Origin: Spirochaetaceae bacterium | Lineage (GTDB): Bacteria > Spirochaetota > Spirochaetia > Treponematales > Treponemataceae | Assembly (NCBI GenBank): GCA_031271875.1 | Contig: JAISVD010000170.1 | Location: 1 to 29,073, forward strand | Direction: 5' to 3' | Length of the DNA stretch: 29,073 bases | In this document: positions 25,432 through 29,073 of the stretch, piece after piece | Layout of the letters: every line of letters begins with the position of its first letter | How positions within the stretch are numbered: the stretch's first letter is position 1 | The notes under the pieces: model-generated | The model's database searches: none | The model's input: only the letters and a program-made list of their open reading frames with translations | Told to the model about the DNA's origin: nothing | Translations under genes and position numbers: made by a program

Positions 25432-25450
25432 TATTAACACCCGCTTAACA
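25432..25450 (-). other. Candidate right half (L'-spacer-R') of an integron attC site
   Basis: Minus strand TGTTAAG-CGGGT-GTTAATA, at the composition boundary 13 nt past the dnaE stop. Confidence 0.4.
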
Positions 25451-25463
25451 GATAACGCAACCT

Positions 25464-28400
25464 TCATTCTTTCCAGACACTCTCCACCACAGGCACTCCG
25501 GCAAGGCTTTCGATCAGCTCATCCGAAGAGGCGACGGTCATCTGGTGATTCGCCTTCACGGTCTTCAATCCCTGCGGGGTATCTATATGAAAATATACGC
25601 AGCAATTACCGGATGATTCAAATAAAATATCCCGGAGACGATGAAGCTCTTTCTCCTCACTGAACCCCGGAAGCATCCTGATATGGAGTTCCTTAATCGA
25701 TTTTTCCTGCATCTCATCGGGATTGATGACAGCATCGACAATAAATCCGGGAGTCTCCCTGGACATATCGATTTTACCGGTAAGCCCCCACACGGAATCG
25801 TCCTTTATGTTATCCCGCTGTTTCTCCCACAGATCGGGAAAAAATACGAGATCGATGGAACCGTTAAAATCCTCAAGAGTCCCGAAGGCCATCCATTTAT
25901 TGGTCTTTGTCGGCCGGGGCCTGAGAGATTTTACCATCCCCACAATCGTATAGGGCTTCTCTTTCTGCGCCCGTTCGAGATACCGCAGATCCAGCGTGGA
26001 TGAACGTTCACATGCCTTACGGTAATTATCCAGGGGATGTCCGGATATGTAAAAACCGATGAGCTCCTTTTCGATGCGGAGCTTTTCCAGAACCGCCCAC
26101 TCCTCGCCCTCCTCAAATCTGAATTCGGCGAACTCTATCTCCCCGGCATCCTCGAACAGGCTCACCTGCCCGAACATCGCGGCTTCCTTTTTATGCAGGG
26201 CATACTCCACGGCACGCTCCAGGTTGTTGATCAGAACCGACCTGAACTGTCCCAGATTATCAAAGCTGCCGGTCTGAATGAGCACTTCAAGCGCTTTTTT
26301 GTTGACCGTCCGCAGGTCCACCCGGTCAAGAAAATTCATGAACCCCGTATAAGGCCCTCCGGACTTCCGCTGGTTTATAATCTCCTCGGCGGCGGCCTCA
26401 CCGAGCCCCTTTATCCCCATGAGCCCGTAGACGATCCGGCCCTCGACAACATCAAAGAGTTTGTCCGACCGGTTGATATCCGGCGGGTCAATGGGGATAC
26501 CCATCTTTCTGCCTTCGGCAATATATTCAGGGAGCTTGTCAACGCTGGAAATTTCGTTTGTAAGGTTGGCGGCTATGAATTCAGCGGGGAAATTGGCCTT
26601 GAGGTAGGCCGTGCGGTAGGCGACTATCGAGTAAGCCGCGGCATGGCTCTTGTTGAACCCATAGCCCGCAAAGGGAACCAGTATTTCAAATATCCTGTCC
26701 GCATCTGCGGCGGCAAAGCCCCGTTCCACCGCGCCCTTGATAAACTTATCCTTCTCCTCGATCATGACTTCGTGTTTCTTTTTACCCATGGCGCGGCGCA
26801 GCAGGTCCGCCTGTCCGAGGCTGTATCCGGCGATGCGCTGCGCCACCTGCATGACCTGCTCCTGGTAAACGATGACGCCATAGGTCTCCTCAAGAATATT
26901 CTTGAGACAGGGATCGGGGTAACTGATTTTGGAGTTGTCGAATTTCGACTCGATGAACTGGTCGATGAACGCCATCGGGCCGGGACGGTAGAGGGCGTTT
27001 AACGCTATGAGGTCTTCGATCTTTCCGGGTTTTGCCCGCTTGAGGATGTTCTGCATCCCCTGACTTTCAAACTGGAACACCGCAGCGCTCTTCCCCTCTC
27101 CGAGCATTGCGTAAGTAGCGGGATCGGTCTCGCTCACCTTTTCCACATCAAAATCAGCGTATTCGCCGCCCCTGTTGCGGATCAGGTTCTGGGCGTATTT
27201 CAGCAGGGTCAGTGTTTTGAGCCCGAGGAAGTCCATCTTGACCAGCCCGCAATCCTCGATAAGATCCATGGTAAACTGGGTAGCTGTTTTTCCGGTTTTC
27301 TGATCCTTGTAGAGGGGAACGTATTCGGTCAGTTCATGCTGCCCGATGACAATGCCCGATGCGTGGATGCTGGTATTGCGGTTGGTATTTTCGAGGATAA
27401 AACTGATATCGAAGAGCTCTTTATACTGGGGGGTCTCCCGGAGTTCCACCAGCCGTGGTTCCTGATCAAAAGCCTTCTGGAGGGTCATCTTGGGGTCTTC
27501 GGGGATCATCTTGGTTATCATGGTGACCTCACCCAGAGGAATTTCCAGAACCCGGGCGACATCCTTGATAGCCGCCTTTGCCTTCATCGTTCCGAAGGTG
27601 ATGATCTGCCCTACCCGCTCATCGCCGTATTTCTCGCGCACATACTCTATAACATCCTGCCGGCCCTCATAACAGAAATCGATGTCAAAGTCGGGCATGG
27701 AGATACGTTCAGGGTTCAGGAACCGCTCGAACAGCAGGTTGTACCGGAGGGGATCGATATCGGTTATCCGCATGGCATAGGCGACAATCGACCCTGCCCC
27801 GGAACCGCGCCCCGGACCGACCGGAATATGATGTTCCTTTGCCCAGTTGATGAAATCCCACACGATGAGGAAATACCCGACAAAGTCCATCCTGATGATA
27901 ATATCAAGCTCGAATTTCGCCCGCTCCCGTATCTCATCGGTGACGGTTTCATACCGCTTCTCAAGCCCCGTATAGGTCAGATGCTTGAGGTACTCCACTT
28001 TATCGGAAAACTCCGGTGGTATTTCGTATGCAGGCAGAAGCGGGCCGGGCAGCGGTATGTCAAGATCGCACATATCCGCTATGCGCGCGGTATTGGTGAT
28101 CATCTCCGGATAGTCGGGGAACAGGCGGGCCATCTCCTGTTCATCCTTCATGTAGAATTCCTTGCCAAAGAAACGCATCCGGTTCGGTTCGTTCCGCGTC
28201 CGTTTTGTACCGATACAAAGGAGGATATCCTGAGCGATGTAATCCTCCTGATTGCAGTAATGGATATCGTTGGTCACCACCAGGGGAATACCGAGCCTGC
28301 GGGCAACATCGATCAGCAGGGGCGCTGCCCTGCGCTGCTCCTCGATACCGTGATCCTGAAGCTCGATAAAGTAGTTTTCCGCCCCGAATATCTCCCGGTA

Positions 28401-28886
28401 TTTCCGGGCGAACCTCTCGGCTTCGGCGATCTTTCCGTCAAGGAGCAGCGTGGGCAGCTCCCCGGCGATACAGGCGGAAAGGCAGACGATCCCTTCCGAG
28501 TACTGACGAATAAGTTCCTCGTCTATCCGGGGTTTATAATACATCCCTTCGGTATAGGAGCGGGAGGTGAGTACCATAAGGTTCCGGTATCCCTGTTCGT
28601 TTTTCGCGAGCAGAACCAGGTGGTAGTATTTGTTTCCCGATTCGCTGCCGGAACGTTGGGTGCGGCTCTCCGGGGCTACATAGAATTCGCAGCCGATAAT
28701 CGGTTTTATACCCGCCGCACGGCACTCCCTCCAGAAACGGAGGGCCCCAAACATATTGCCGTGATCGGTGATGGCAAGGGCCTTCATCCCAAGCTCCTTT
28801 GCACGGCCTACCAGTTTCTGTATGGAAGCGGCTCCGTCAAGGAGTGAATAATCGGTGTGTACATGGAGGTGGACAAAATCGGACAT
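25464..28886 (-). CDS. dnaE: DNA polymerase III alpha subunit
   Basis: PHP motif HLHVHTDYSLLDG, GRGSGAGS, PDFDID, KMDFLGL, YGFNKSH, an OB fold and a C-terminal tail. The likely start is ATG 28886 (MSDFVHL). No intein is evident. Confidence 0.97.
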   Translation of the reverse strand: MSDFVHLHVHTDYSLLDGAASIQKLVGRAKELGMKALAITDHGNMFGALRFWRECRAAGIKPIIGCEFYVAPESRTQRSGSESGNKYYHLVLLAKNEQGYRNLMVLTSRSYTEGMYYKPRIDEELIRQYSEGIVCLSACIAGELPTLLLDGKIAEAERFARKYREIFGAENYFIELQDHGIEEQRRAAPLLIDVARRLGIPLVVTNDIHYCNQEDYIAQDILLCIGTKRTRNEPNRMRFFGKEFYMKDEQEMARLFPDYPEMITNTARIADMCDLDIPLPGPLLPAYEIPPEFSDKVEYLKHLTYTGLEKRYETVTDEIRERAKFELDIIIRMDFVGYFLIVWDFINWAKEHHIPVGPGRGSGAGSIVAYAMRITDIDPLRYNLLFERFLNPERISMPDFDIDFCYEGRQDVIEYVREKYGDERVGQIITFGTMKAKAAIKDVARVLEIPLGEVTMITKMIPEDPKMTLQKAFDQEPRLVELRETPQYKELFDISFILENTNRNTSIHASGIVIGQHELTEYVPLYKDQKTGKTATQFTMDLIEDCGLVKMDFLGLKTLTLLKYAQNLIRNRGGEYADFDVEKVSETDPATYAMLGEGKSAAVFQFESQGMQNILKRAKPGKIEDLIALNALYRPGPMAFIDQFIESKFDNSKISYPDPCLKNILEETYGVIVYQEQVMQVAQRIAGYSLGQADLLRRAMGKKKHEVMIEEKDKFIKGAVERGFAAADADRIFEILVPFAGYGFNKSHAAAYSIVAYRTAYLKANFPAEFIAANLTNEISSVDKLPEYIAEGRKMGIPIDPPDINRSDKLFDVVEGRIVYGLMGIKGLGEAAAEEIINQRKSGGPYTGFMNFLDRVDLRTVNKKALEVLIQTGSFDNLGQFRSVLINNLERAVEYALHKKEAAMFGQVSLFEDAGEIEFAEFRFEEGEEWAVLEKLRIEKELIGFYISGHPLDNYRKACERSSTLDLRYLERAQKEKPYTIVGMVKSLRPRPTKTNKWMAFGTLEDFNGSIDLVFFPDLWEKQRDNIKDDSVWGLTGKIDMSRETPGFIVDAVINPDEMQEKSIKELHIRMLPGFSEEKELHRLRDILFESSGNCCVYFHIDTPQGLKTVKANHQMTVASSDELIESLAGVPVVESVWKE

Positions 28887-29073
28887 ACTGTCAGTGTAGC
28901 CCGGAAGCGGATTTTTGACAATCGGGGAAACACCAGGTATCAACAACTTCTGATAAGGTACCGCATTCGGGGAGAAAACACGAGAAAAAACAATCAGGCA
29001 GTTGTTTTTAGAAGAATATATGATATAGTATACTTAATTTATATTCAGGACTGAAACATGGCCAATCAGACAG

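Larger units (their letters stand above)
22130..25450. mobile_element. AT-rich island 3 carrying a HindIII-type R-M pair and three pseudogenes (boundaries approximate)
   Basis: Spot counts give 14/60 G+C in the line at 23401 versus 35/60 in the dnaE line at 26401. All genes are on the minus strand and no mobility gene is present. Confidence 0.65.

Noticed and set aside
25245-25448. 67-aa plus-strand ORF in the island 3 leader with a faint resemblance to a PIN C-terminus
   Set aside because: TTG start without an RBS, opposite orientation to the antitoxin-like pseudogene, and similarity too weak to support.
26037-28847. 321-aa and 503-aa plus-strand ORFs opposite dnaE
   Set aside because: Antisense mirror frames of dnaE with no recognisable domain.
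29058-29073. Possible start of the next gene (ATG GCC AAT CAG ACA, preceded by AGGA)
   Set aside because: Only five codons fall inside the window, so it cannot be identified.
1-29073. CRISPR arrays, tRNA or rRNA genes, transposases, integrases and a DnaE intein
   Set aside because: No regularly spaced direct repeats, RNA-gene signatures, DDE/HUH/tyrosine-recombinase ORFs or intein insertion were seen.

Overview
A 29-kb chromosomal stretch, most likely from a treponeme-like spirochaete (class I LysRS, spirochaetal lipoprotein signals, TRL-like lipoprotein). The backbone is GC-richer housekeeping genes: MBL hydrolase, Na/Pi cotransporter, phosphoesterase, polar amino-acid ABC transporter, feoAB, arfB, AI-2E transporter, lysS, acyl-CoA synthetase, CDGSH protein, pth, CBS-pyrophosphatase, an orphan adenine MTase, yggT and dnaE. 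Three AT-rich islands interrupt it, and none encodes an integrase or transposase. Island 1 (~3.9-5.7 kb) is a complete PvuII-type C/R/M system whose C-boxes lie inside the first codons of the MTase gene. Island 2 (~20.4-21.4 kb) is one unknown gene that looks like a ClpX-type zinc finger split by ~240 residues. It carries an internal repeat, and its last codons supply the only in-frame ATGs before the first conserved motif of the adjacent MTase. Island 3 (~22.1-25.45 kb) is an intact HindIII-type R-M pair among three pseudogenes that the ORF track misses or only partly reports. It starts at what looks like the right half of an integron attC site and also carries a degenerate attC-like hairpin and a dif/lox-like inverted repeat. 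A REP-like hairpin with a compensatory base change occurs twice, and an 18-bp perfect palindrome abuts the acyl-CoA synthetase RBS. Family assignments rest on motifs and recalled reference sequences; no database searches were run.
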